Below, piece after piece: positions 48,663-59,639 of a DNA stretch of 64,000 bases. The notes beneath the pieces are model-generated. The model worked only from the letters and a program-made list of their open reading frames with translations, was not told where the DNA came from and did no database searches. Numbering within the stretch: the first letter of the stretch is position 1; each line of letters begins with the position of its first letter. The stretch comes from Macrostomum lignano. Its lineage: Eukaryota. The translations under genes and the position numbers were made by a program. Location: the NCBI GenBank assembly GCA_002269645.1, contig NIVC01001803.1:30123-94122 (forward strand), in the 5' to 3' direction.

Positions 48663-51600
48663 CACTCTTCCCCTGAAGTAGGATATTGGTCCATGAAGTA
48701 TACCAAGAAAGCGGTTTGTTTCCCATGGATCAGTGTCCCTACAGTAGCCCAAAACAATGTTCACTGAAATCATATCGCATTGTCTGTACACCGTACAGGT
48801 ATATTAATTAGTCCAGTACTAGCTGGCTGTTATAGTTAGTATTTACTTCACACTAGGGCCTCTGAATTGAATATTTATAGTAAAATTCAGACATGGATAT
48901 GCAGTTAAATACTTCAATAGATTCAATCCATTCGCACCTGCATATATCAACATTTGCACCTGTGTAATAACTACCTTTATATGCACCTTGACACCTTTAA
49001 TTTTTTTACCGTAAGTACTGCGAAAAAATCCATATAATAGATGAGCAAGGGGTAAAAACTATATATTCTACAGCTGTCACTTCAAAAAGCTAAAAGCACA
49101 ACAGACTTTGTTTGTCAATCAAGATTTTCAAGCCTTGTCAGTGGTAGGCTTATGAGAAGGGAAATTTTAAATCGATCTCTTCCATAGACATTTGATTTTG
49201 TTTCACAAGTTTTTGTTGGTATGTACACTGGTGTTGAGGGTTTGGCCATAGACAAAAGTCTTGAGGAGATGAGCTGACTGTCAGTGTGAAATTTATGCCT
49301 TTATATTTTTTGGCTTTCATTGCTTCTCAAAATGCCTAACAGTAGGCGAACACACGAAGAAAGTCGAAACAGTGTGTGCATTTTATGCTTTCGCAAGGGT
49401 GACCGACAATTGACTGTAAGTCTGGAAGCCTTAATCGAGTGCTATGTCCTGCCTGGATTTGCTCAACACCGAGCATTTCTGCCGTCAGGTATCTGCAACT
49501 CCTGCCGGATCAAGTTGTCATCGCAGAACAGTGCAGCACCAGCACCTCTTCCGCCTCGCTTGCCATACGAAAAAGTAATAGATGATCTGCACTACCTTCC
49601 ACCACTCACTCGTGAACGTCCTGAGTGCAGCTGCTGGATCTGCAATGTCGCCTCCAGCAGGGCTAACAAGAACGTGAATGTAGCGCACCCCTACATGTCA
49701 GAGGAGTTCAATTCAGGGGTAGCAACTCCACTTGGCCGTCCTCTGAACTGTGCACCTGGATCCGTGAAAGACAGCGTCAAACATTGCGGCACATGCTCGT
49801 CACCAGTGGCGCGGGGAGTGCGACATGAATGCGGACAAGCCGCGAAGCTGCGCTACCTCAGCACCTTGAGTCCAAGTTCAATGGAGCATGTAGCCTGCAG
49901 TTTTCTCCGCGAAAAACTAAACGCAGCAGACGTGTCTTCTTCCGGAGATGCTGCAACAGCTAGTCTGTCTTCTGGTTTCGGTGGGCATCCAATCCAAGTC
50001 CAAGCTGTTGACACATCAACCAGCCATGTCCCACAAATGTTGCACAGCACAATGAGGGCCATGAAAACTGCCTTGAACCTAAGCACCAACCAGACCATTC
50101 AAGCTGCGCAAGTGATAAGAGAGGCGTCTGGCAACAGAAAAGCAATTCAACCTGGATTGAAGGAGTTCCTGTTTTCTGAAGGCCAGAGTGTCGCTCATTT
50201 CTTTGCTGTGGAGCAGCTCCAGTTCATCTGCAAGCAACCATCTGGGCAAGTAATTTCAATTGATCGTTCAGCTGTGTTCTGTTGCAATGTGAGTGAGTTC
50301 TTGGCTTATGTTTGCAGTTTGAGAGGCATGGCTGAGATGGAACATCATCTCAAGCTTGGAATTGATGGTGGAGGGAATTCATTGAAGATTTGCATCAGCG
50401 TTACTGATAGTGATGGGCTCCCGGCGCAAGCTTCAATGCCTGGGCCATCCAATAGATTTCTCAACTCGGGGGTTAAAAAGCTTTTCGTCCTGGCCATTGT
50501 AGAGGATGTCAAAGAGTGTTACGAGAATGTCAAAACTCTATTATCCACCATGGACATCAGTTCCTTCCTATTCACTTTGGCCTGTGACTTCAAGCTAGCC
50601 AACATCATCTGTGGCATTCAAAGCCATGCTTCGACGCATCCTTGCCTTTACTGCGAGGGCAAGTCTCCATGGACCACTCCAGCACCAAGCAGAACACTTG
50701 GCTCAGTGAGGCGGCTGGCAAACGAGTTTCAGTTGGCCGGCGGACATCAGCCTGCTGCCAAACACTTTGCCAACTGTGTTCAGTCTCCACTGCTGCCTGG
50801 ACTGGATTCCACTGAACTGATTGAGTTGGTGCCACCACCTGAGCTGCACATTATGCTTGGCATTGTGAACCGTTTGCTGGATGAGCTCAACAACCGATGG
50901 GGCAATGATATGGCCTACAAGTGGGCCCATGGAGCAGGGATCTGTCGTCAGCAGTATCATGGAGGTTGCTTGGAAGGTCCAGCATGCAAGAAGCTGCTTC
51001 TAAAGGCTGGCGAGCTATGGAACATTTTACCTGCGCACCTGAAAATGTTTGCCGTTGCACTTCAGGATTTCAATGCAATTCGGCTAGCCTGCTTTGGCCA
51101 AACTCTTGCCAATGACTTTGCTTTGCATATTGCTCGATTTCAGACGACATGCCAGTTCCTCCAGCTAAATGTGACACCCAAGATGCATGCACTATTCCAC
51201 CATGTGCCAACATTCTGTTCAAAGTCTGGCAAGGCATTGGGGAGCTTTAGTGAGCAGACAGTGGAGTCAGCTCACAGTGATTTCGAGGCCACCTGGCAAA
51301 GATATCGGCGCCCTTTCAATCATCCACAGTATGCCGCAAACCTTCTTCAGGCTGTTGTGAACTATAATTCGTTTCATATTTGAACTTCTAACGTTATGGT
51401 TTGATCAACTGGACATAAACTGACTGACCTTGCCTGATTTATTTGTTTCTTCAATAGTGAGTTGCTAGTCTGTTTTAGTTGTATTGTATGGTTCTTTGTA
51501 TTGTATTGTCTTTTGTATGGTTCTATTTCTGGTTTCTATTTCTAAACAATGTTCTATTCAGCAACATCTTTCGTATACATTCAGAATACAAGCAACTTTT

Positions 51601-52004
51601 TAGACTTACTTATTATATCACTTTCAATCACTGTGGATTTTTTCGCAGTACTTTCGGTAGAAAAAATTAAAGGTGTCAAGGTGCATATAAAGGTAGTTAT
51701 TACACAGGTGCAAGTGTTGATATATGCAGGTGCAAATGGATTGAATCTATTGAAGTATTTAACTGCATATCCATGTCTGAATTTTACTATAAATATTCAA
51801 TTCAGAGGCCCTAGTGTGAAGTAAATACTAACTATAACAGCCAGCTAGTACTGGACTAATTAATATACCTATACGGTGTACAGACAATGCGATAGGATTT
51901 CAGTGAACATTGTTTTAGGCTACTATAAGGACACTGATCCATGGGAAACAAACTGCTTTCTTGGTATATTTCATGGACCAATATCCTACTTCAGGGGAAG
52001 AGTG
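48663..52004 (+). mobile_element. Complete Chapaev (CMC) DNA transposon
   Basis: About 370-bp TIRs (48663-49032 and 51634-52004) with CAC...GTG termini and a 4-bp TSD TAGT on both sides. Confidence 0.9.
49332..51383 (+). CDS. Chapaev transposase, intact ORF (about 683 aa from ATG)
   Basis: N-terminal Chapa-type zinc motif H-x7-CxxC..PSGICNSC..CxCxxC. Core motifs GIDGG, CDFK, HPCLYC, PELHIMLG, TPKMH and SEQTVESAH. Confidence 0.9.
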   Translation: MPNSRRTHEESRNSVCILCFRKGDRQLTVSLEALIECYVLPGFAQHRAFLPSGICNSCRIKLSSQNSAAPAPLPPRLPYEKVIDDLHYLPPLTRERPECSCWICNVASSRANKNVNVAHPYMSEEFNSGVATPLGRPLNCAPGSVKDSVKHCGTCSSPVARGVRHECGQAAKLRYLSTLSPSSMEHVACSFLREKLNAADVSSSGDAATASLSSGFGGHPIQVQAVDTSTSHVPQMLHSTMRAMKTALNLSTNQTIQAAQVIREASGNRKAIQPGLKEFLFSEGQSVAHFFAVEQLQFICKQPSGQVISIDRSAVFCCNVSEFLAYVCSLRGMAEMEHHLKLGIDGGGNSLKICISVTDSDGLPAQASMPGPSNRFLNSGVKKLFVLAIVEDVKECYENVKTLLSTMDISSFLFTLACDFKLANIICGIQSHASTHPCLYCEGKSPWTTPAPSRTLGSVRRLANEFQLAGGHQPAAKHFANCVQSPLLPGLDSTELIELVPPPELHIMLGIVNRLLDELNNRWGNDMAYKWAHGAGICRQQYHGGCLEGPACKKLLLKAGELWNILPAHLKMFAVALQDFNAIRLACFGQTLANDFALHIARFQTTCQFLQLNVTPKMHALFHHVPTFCSKSGKALGSFSEQTVESAHSDFEATWQRYRRPFNHPQYAANLLQAVVNYNSFHI

Positions 52005-52597
52005 TAGTCATTAGGTGATCTAGCAAGGTGGCTACCTGGCGCCATTACCCATCATCTCTACCTTCTTCTATACCCTCCCTTTGCCCCTGTGGCCAATCCT
52101 ATTACCTTGCTCTATGGTTTCCCTCTTTTTTCCTTAGACTATTATCTTCCCTTTGCTCTCTATCCCTTCCTGGCAGTTGGCACCTTTTTCATTCTTTGCC
52201 CCTTAATGTTTCCCTGCTATTAACGATTATATTCCTAATAATGCCCCTGTAGCTATTATTTCCTCTTGTCCTTCTCTATCCCCCTCAGCTTTAAGTTGAA
52301 GTGCCGAGGCAGCTTGACAAACTAGGAGGTGTAAGTGGTACATTGAAACACAATTTTAAGGTGTTATTTGGCACCTGAACTCCAAAATCAAGGTGCCATT
52401 TGTGATTTTGAGATGCCAAAGTGCTATTTTGGCATAAGATCCCTGTTTAGGATGGAGTTGTTTTGTGCAACTATTTTGAAATTGGTTCTACAATTCAGAA
52501 AGGAAAGCATGTTATTTTAAGATACGTACTATTTTATTGGAGACAACAGGATTGAAAATTCTAATTGTCCCTTTCTGGCAATAGCAAAGGTCTTTAA

Positions 52598-53881
52598 CCT
52601 TTTCAAGCCTGAATTCCTAAATAGAAAGCTCCGTTCCTGCCGGCATGGTCAGCAGAGCTGACCATAGACTATTTCAAGTTTTCAGTGAACTGAATTGCAT
52701 TGCCACTCCTGCCGATAAGCCAGCCATCGCTGGTCTAATCTAGGGTTGAAGGAGAATGTACATTTGGAATGGGTTGCACACACGCTTATCAAAACTGTAC
52801 AAGACTGGCCATAGACAGTCCAGTTTTAGTATATTAAGGGCTGTGCCAAATTCTGTACAATTCTATTCATGTAATTCAAATCAATCCAAATATGGATATT
52901 CTGTTGACTTCCGACTCCGAAAGTGACGCTGGAATAGCGGAGAACTCCGAGTCGTCTGAGTCGGTCACTATCAGCGAAGTAGAAGACGATTGGCAGTTTG
53001 TGGAGCCAGGCGAAGACATTGTTGAAGACGGCCCCAGTTTCACTGGAATTTCGGGTGTAAACCCCAGCATTGTCCTTCCCGAAGACCGTGAAGACATCCA
53101 ATATTTTCTACGACTGTTTCTAACCGATGAGCTGCTGGATAAGATCGTGGAGTGGACAAACGCAAAAGCTTGGGCTGAGTATGAGCAGGCGACACATGAT
53201 GGAGATGTTTCGAGCTTGCTGAAGTCATGGAAGGACACAAACCGCAGTGAGATATCCAAGCTGTTGGGTATGTACCTGTTCATGGGCATCTCACGGAAGC
53301 CGGAACTGCATGATTACTGGAGCACCAGTGTCATTCACAGTACTCCGTTTTTTCAATCGCCCAATGGCTTGACCCGTGACCGATTCAAGCAGCTGCTGGC
53401 CTTCCTTCGTTTCTACGATGCACGAGCACCCGCCTCGAACGACCCACTGCACAAGATTCGGCCGCTGCTCCGTCTGGCTCAGCAGCTCTGCGCGAACGTG
53501 TACCAGCCGGAGCAGCAGGTCAGCGTCGACGAGTCCCTGATTCTGTACAAGGGGCGCCTTCAGTTTAGGCAGTACATCCCATCGAAGAGAGCCAGAGTTG
53601 GAATTAAAATGTACTGCGCCTGTGAGTCTGCATCTGGCTACCTGTATAACTTTCTAGTACATTCGACTGCTGAAGAGAACTCTCATTTTGGCGACGACCT
53701 CGGTTGTGACCAGCTGTCTCTAAGCGAGAAAATCGTAGTGCACCTTTGCAAGGACCTGCTCGGTTTCGGCTATCACCTTTTCGTCGACAAGTGGTTTGCT
53801 TCAGTACGGCTTGCGACTTTTCTGTACGAACGCAGCACACTGCTGACAGCAACTGTTCGAGCCGACCGTGGAGTGTTATAA
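52598..53881 (+). mobile_element. 3'-truncated piggyBac element with a 329-aa partial transposase (52892-53881)
   Basis: TTAA|CCTTTT 5' end. The protein has RDRFKQL..KIRPL..SVDESLILYKGR..QYIPSKR..GIKMY..FVDKWF and stops before the third catalytic Asp. No 3' TIR seen. Confidence 0.92.
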
Positions 53882-54181
53882 CTGTGTTATTACTTCAAAT
53901 GTATTATTTTGTTTGAGCTTGTTTATACTAATAAACTTTTATATAAAGTAATGATACTTGCCCACAAATTACATAGCAGCATTATGCCTAGACAATCTAG
54001 ACAATAAAATTTGCCAGTATTAGTGCTAATTGGAACTGCTTTACAGCTTGCAACCCTTTTTACTGCTGACAATATTTTTATGCAACATGATTTAATGTCA
54101 TGCTTCAGGCAAAGTCGTTTCGGGGACTCTTCAGGAGCCTAGGCTGTAGAAGGTGAAGTTACAGTGGGAGATTTTTAGCTG

Positions 54182-57100
54182 CTTGAAGAACCCAATGGCC
54201 CTAGCCGTTATGATGCCCGATGTGAAAAGGAGAAATGGGCATTGCTCAGTGAACAGCTGGCTGATGGTGTGGCAGCTTACTTTTTTATCAAAGGCAATTG
54301 CTTAATCTGTTAGGAATCAGAGGGCTTATTTCGTTGTGAAAGCTGTCACCTTCAGGTGTGTAAGACCTGTCTTGAAGCTGCTCATGGCCACAATCCACCT
54401 CATGCAGTTCGAAAGTGGAATGTAAGTAAAATTCACACCAACATGTATCTTTTATATAGCAGTGATGTGGCCGCAGCTTTCTGCTGCAAGCATAGGGCCG
54501 CAGTCACATCTTAGGCGCTGTTGTACGCTGCTAGTATCTGTAATAATAATAATTTTATAATAATTGATTACACCTGCCCAATGGGCAGATGTGCAACCGA
54601 CAGCTCAGCCGCAGCTATTGCGCGGCGCATCTGAAGGCTGCGTACGGCTGTTCAGTCCAAGGACTGGGGGTCGCCACACACACCCTCAATTACCCCAGCT
54701 AATGCTGGTACCCATTTTACAGCTGGGTAAACTGAAACAACGCAGAGTTAAGTGTCTTGCTCAAGGACACAAATTGTTGCAGAGGGATCGGGAATCGAAC
54801 CCCCGACCTTCAAGTCGTGAGTCCGACGCCCTAACCACTAGGCTACAACCCCTTACTAGGCTACAACCCCTTACTAGGCTACAACCCCTTACTAGGCTAC
54901 AACCCCTTACTAGGCTACTCCGCCATCTGTAATAGGAACTGTTCTGCTGCCTCCATGCACTCTAAGCAGCCTTCCTTGGCGCTAAGAAGTTGCACAATAT
55001 GGCGCAATCGAGTCATCATAATGAGGCTCATTAACATAAAAATTAGGAAGTTTTTCTAGCCTAGGGTTAGTTAGTGGAAGCCGCCAAATTTGGCGCTTGC
55101 CTGTACTGTTGTTGCCTGGCCTGCCGCGTACAATTGCTCAGTGTATGCAATTCTAGATAGCTGCACTCCTCCCCTTGTGCGCTCGCTGGACCCTTCCCCC
55201 TTCTGCTCTTTCGTTCCTCCGCCACCTAACGGCCGTGGACTAGACAGACAATCCACTTAACAAAAAATACCTGACTAGATAGTGAGTCCACGCACCTAAC
55301 GGCCCGCCGATAGCGGAGCCCATCCCACGCTAAAAATAGCCCGTTAACGGGACCCAGCCCACGGTGGGATGGGCTCCCTTAGAGAGGGCCAGCCCACGAG
55401 CGGAGAGGGGTGGGGTGGGGTGGGGTGAGTGTGGAACGCTAGTGCGCACTAGCGTACTAGCACTGTACTAGCAATGAAGCAAGCTAAAAACGCTGCACAT
55501 CCGGGACTCATTTCTCGTACGGTATATTAATGTATACTGGATGAAGACGGCTTTGTCTTTGGCAAGCAAACGTGGCCGGTTGGTCCTAAATTGCATTGTA
55601 ATCATTTTCTTTCTTTTATGTCTAGCTTAGCTTAGAATTGCAATATGCTACGAATCTATAGTCTTCTGTTTTTAAATTTAGTGGAAATTTGGTCAGAGAA
55701 AAATAGTACAGGCGCAAGAAACGAGGACTAGTTAGTCACCCATTTTCGTTTTGAATGTTTTTTTAGCAAAGTAAGGTACCAAGCGAGATATTTATAATTG
55801 ATAGACAGGCCAATTTCCTAATTCACGAAGTGCCAGTTTTCTAATTTCTAGATGTTTGATAAAGGCATAAAATTAATCGCCTTTGTACTTGGATTTGTCC
55901 TTGGAGGTAATATACTGCATCCGTTTGTAAATATTATGCGAAAAAGACTAATTTTATTCAAATTCAAATAATTTTAGAATTTTCGCATGAAGTTAAAACA
56001 AACTAAAAATTGAAACAAAATAAAAATTCACGCGGAAATTTAAAATTTCACATTCGTTGAATTCAAAATTAAAATATTAATCAACTCGTAGAATCGTAGG
56101 GCACTGTACACTAATTAAATTAAGTTAAGGTTGCTACATCTACATGCGATAGCAATTCCACTGTACTTTATGTCAGTACATGGGCTTTGCCCTTATTTCG
56201 TTTACTGCATAGATTTTTGTCTAGATCTTGTCTATCTCTCTAGTCATGTCTATGAGAATTATATTTTAACGTCGTAGTAGTTAGTATTCGCGCAGTAATT
56301 TTGTATAGTTTTATGCCATAGAAAATATTTATTATCTGTGTCATCGTGGTGTTATTGTTTGTATTAACTAAAAATGTTGGGCTATCTGACTAGAAATCAG
56401 ATTATCATACAAACGATAATTTTTTAAAATTTTTATTAACTTTAGAAATTGATGAACAGGCGTCGGGATTATTTTGACTAGTAAATACTAGTGACTACTC
56501 CTGGCGAGCGGTAATTCCTTTCAGTGCTTACGAGTACTAGTTATCCTTTATGATTTTTGAACACCAGTTATTTTGCTTGTTTTACAGCCTTAACTACAGC
56601 GAGTGCATGGTTCAGCAGATGCTGCGCGATATTCCTCCCCACGTTTCAATAATCGTATCTTACGACATAAGTTGCAAACTGGCTGGTTGATTCTGCGATC
56701 CAATATTAACTTTTGTCTTGCCGGTGTTGCACGTTTATGGTCACGTTCTTCTTTGTCAGTTGTTGTTCGGCATTCGTGCCACCGAGTCTGTGGGCCTGAT
56801 AGATGGCGAAAGCTTTGAGCGCATTTGGCTGCATTCCGCAGATTTGGACTTCAAGTAAAGGAGATGGTGCATGATAATCGATAATTTTCTGAATTACGTC
56901 GCTGACACTATGAACTTCGCACGCATCATGTCGATCAGTTAGTATTTTATTTGTTTGAATTAATTCGTATGTCATTGTGATATTGTATGTTCATATTTAT
57001 TATTTTTTCATATATTATCAGTCTGAATGAAAAATTGGTTTTCATCCATTTTCAGCTGCTTGGTTGCAAAGTCGCCGAAAGGTTGAAGAGATGGCATTTT

Positions 57101-57250
57101 TGCGCTTTGAGACAGAGTTCGCAAAGTTTTTGGAAGAAAGCAAAAGCACTCGTGAGTTTTTATGGGAAATCCGTTTGACTTCATGAACTTCGAGAAGGCC
57201 GGTGTGATGATGTCCATGGGCGACTTGGAGTTCCGTACGGATGTTGACTT
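54182..57250 (+). mobile_element. Decayed, intron-containing KDZ (Kyakuja-Dileera-Zisupton) transposase with an N-terminal CxC cysteine cluster
   Basis: 54182-54421: CLIC*..FRCESC...CKTC...H...PPHAVRKW. 56588-56854: VSYDISC..LPVLHVYGHVLLCQLLF..GLIDGESFERIW, the diagnostic KDZ motifs. In-frame stops are present. Confidence 0.8.
54541..54924 (-). mobile_element. tRNA-derived SINE with a CORE-like central domain and (ATT)n tail
   Basis: A box TAGCCTAGTGG and B box GGTTCGATTCC. GTGTCCTTGAGCAAGACACTTAAC..CAGTTTACCCAGCTGTAAAATGGG resembles the MIR/CORE block. An 18-bp piece of the head is tandemly amplified. Confidence 0.85.
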
Positions 57251-57447
57251 CTGAGGTGACCACTAAAAAGCAGCCTGGCACATTGTAGATTGCGTAGAAA
57301 TCATTGTCTCTTGGACAATGTTTCCTACGGCACGTATTGGCCAGCAACCTATAGGTTTTGGGTCACCGACCTATAGAATGAGTGACCCCTGAACGCTAAA
57401 GCGGCCTTCTCAGGGCCACCAAATTATTGATGCTTGCGCTAGTCAAA

Positions 57448-57507
57448 TCTTTTAACTCCGCCATTGCCGGTCCCCAGCCCCCGGAATGAAAAAAGAGGAG
57501 AGAAAGG
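57448..57507 (+). ncRNA. Twister ribozyme, type P1 (copy 1, partly degenerate)
   Basis: TCTTT-TAA-CTCC-GC-CATTG-CCGG-TCCCCAGC-CC-CCGG-AATGAAAAA-AGAG-GAGA-G-AAAGG follows the P1/L1/P2/T2/P4/T1 layout. It has two extra C, one P2 mismatch and GAGA instead of GAGG. Confidence 0.7.
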
Positions 57508-58803
57508 TTCGGGCTGGGGAAGGGAAAGGGTTCGGGCTTGGCCTGCTAGGAGCTGCATTGGAACAGCTGAATATAACGATACTGCGAGTGCATAAAGCTG
57601 CGTGTCCTGTATTGGTGCATTGAGGTGCAAATAAATATTCTCTCCTCATTCTACCCCTTCTCGCCTACATTCTACCCTTCTCTCCTCCATTCTTCTACCC
57701 CTCCTCCCTTAGTGAGGGACACAGAAAATAGAGGCACGCAAAGCTGAAACTATACTATTGCAAAACTTGTAATTAAGAGTTTTAGTATTCGTGTATTACG
57801 AGTTTGCAACGTACACAATAGAAATTTACTAAAAATACAATATTTTTGCTCATTTATTTTTTCATGCTGAGTAAAATAAGCTGAGTTCGCTACTTGAAGT
57901 AGGAGATGCGCGACACGCAGGAATAGAAATAAAATGTAAGTCTAAAGACTAAGGAGTACTGTAAGCGGACGCGCCACTCACAAAATGCAATACAATATGG
58001 CATCACTAATTACTTGTTGATGACAAATCCAAAAAACACGCACCAACGATGTTGTTTTATCATGCACAAAGCATATGTACAGTAGCCTTGTTTTTCTATT
58101 ATTTTTTACCTCAGGCTGGAGCGGAGATGAGTAGAGATAAGCGGAGGTGGATCGTTGGTGGCTAGGTGGGGAGTTGGGTGGCTAGATGGGGAGTTGGGTG
58201 GCTAGGTGGGCAGTTGGCTAGATGTTGGCTAGTTTTTTTATTTTTTGTGGGATTATCATTTCTGTTCACAAAATGATTCCAGGGCTGTCTATTGTCGCGC
58301 CAGTCTGCTACTGAGGTGGCAGAAGATGAATGGTGCCCCTTGCACCATTAAGGCTGCTGCCGAAAGTTGCTGGCGAATACGTGCCGTAGGAAACATTGTC
58401 CAAGAGACAATGATTTCTACGCAATCTGCAATGGGCCAGGCTGCTTTTGGGGGCAAACTTCATGGTGCAAGGGGCCAGCTGTGCCAGCTCCAGCGCCAGC
58501 TCGTGTTCTACCTCCGCGCCGCCTAAGCCCGGTTTCGACTGGCAACGCTGCGCAGTGCGGACCGTTTTTGCAAAATATCGTTGGTCAGTTCGTTTGGCTG
58601 CCAAACGTGCCGCAACTGGCAAAGTGCCAAGCCTAGCCACGCTGGCCAGTCTGGCGGCTTGCAGAAGTGGACCACTGCCACTGCACTTATGCAGTCGTGG
58701 TGTGCGTAAGGTCTTGGTCACCGACCTATAAATGAGTGACCCCTGAACGACAAAACAGCCCTTCTCAGGGCCACCAAATTTGTGATTCTTGCGTTTAGTC
58801 AAA

Positions 58804-58860
58804 TCTTTTAATTCCGCTATTCCCGGTCCCCAGCCCGGATGAAAAAGGAGGAGGAAAAGA
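58804..58860 (+). ncRNA. Twister ribozyme, type P1 (copy 2, near canonical)
   Basis: TCTTT-TAA-TTCC-GC-TATTC-CCGG-TCCCCAGC-CCGG-ATGAAAAA-GGAG-GAGG-A-AAAGA aligns element by element with the rice Osa-1-4 twister as I recall it. All stems can pair. Predicted cleavage is at T58809/A58810. Confidence 0.85.
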
Positions 58861-59639
58861 AAATATACACATGCTCACGTTCGTGTCACTGTTTTTCTGT
58901 TTTCATTATTGCTAAAACTGTCTTGCCATTTTTCACTTGAAATGTTTTATGATGCTTCTTGTCTTTCTTATTTTCCGCCTAATAGTATTTTGACATGGTG
59001 GACATTGTGTGTAGTATTTACAACTTTGCTTAAAACATGTATATTAGAGGCTATAATAAAAAAAATCAACTATACATTTTTAATTGAATTTCATATCTAC
59101 GCATAGCGTTCTAAATTTATTTTTGTACATTGTTGTTATACTGTGTAGTTTTGATTTGGACCAATCTTTAAATGTTAATCAACATGACTTGGACAGCCAT
59201 TTCTAAAAACAAGCGAAACAAGCGAACCTAATAAAAACAGATTCATAGAAGCGGACAATAACTTCCACTCCAGTTTTGTCAAACATTATAGGAAAGTAAA
59301 ACTTCAAGGTTAAGGGAATAAGTTGCAAGTTTTACAAGAATGTCAATTGGTATCTGAATCTGACTTACTATTTCTTCCCTATTCTAAAAATGCCTACTAT
59401 GTATGCCAGTTTTGGGCCACCATTAAAACTTGTGGTGGCCTAAAGGCCCGCAGCAACTAAATAAGTTTGAATATAGTTCTAAGTAACTATATAGTTCAAG
59501 ATAAAAAACAAAAGTTGCCTTGTCAAGTTTTTTGTTCCAAAAAAGCAAGGCAACAGGCTCAGGCTAGCTTGAGTAGACTTCTGGCAGCAAAGCCAATAGG
59601 CAGTAGCCAGTTTTCTTATGGCTATATTACCCTAGATAG

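Noticed and set aside
54780-54860. tRNA gene (also near 19400-19469)
   Set aside because: A and B boxes are present, but they continue into SINE bodies without a complete acceptor stem.
57405-57445. Pistol-like AGGGCCAC segment upstream of the twisters
   Set aside because: The 5' strand of P1 is missing and the complementary CCCTGA lies upstream, which is the wrong topology.
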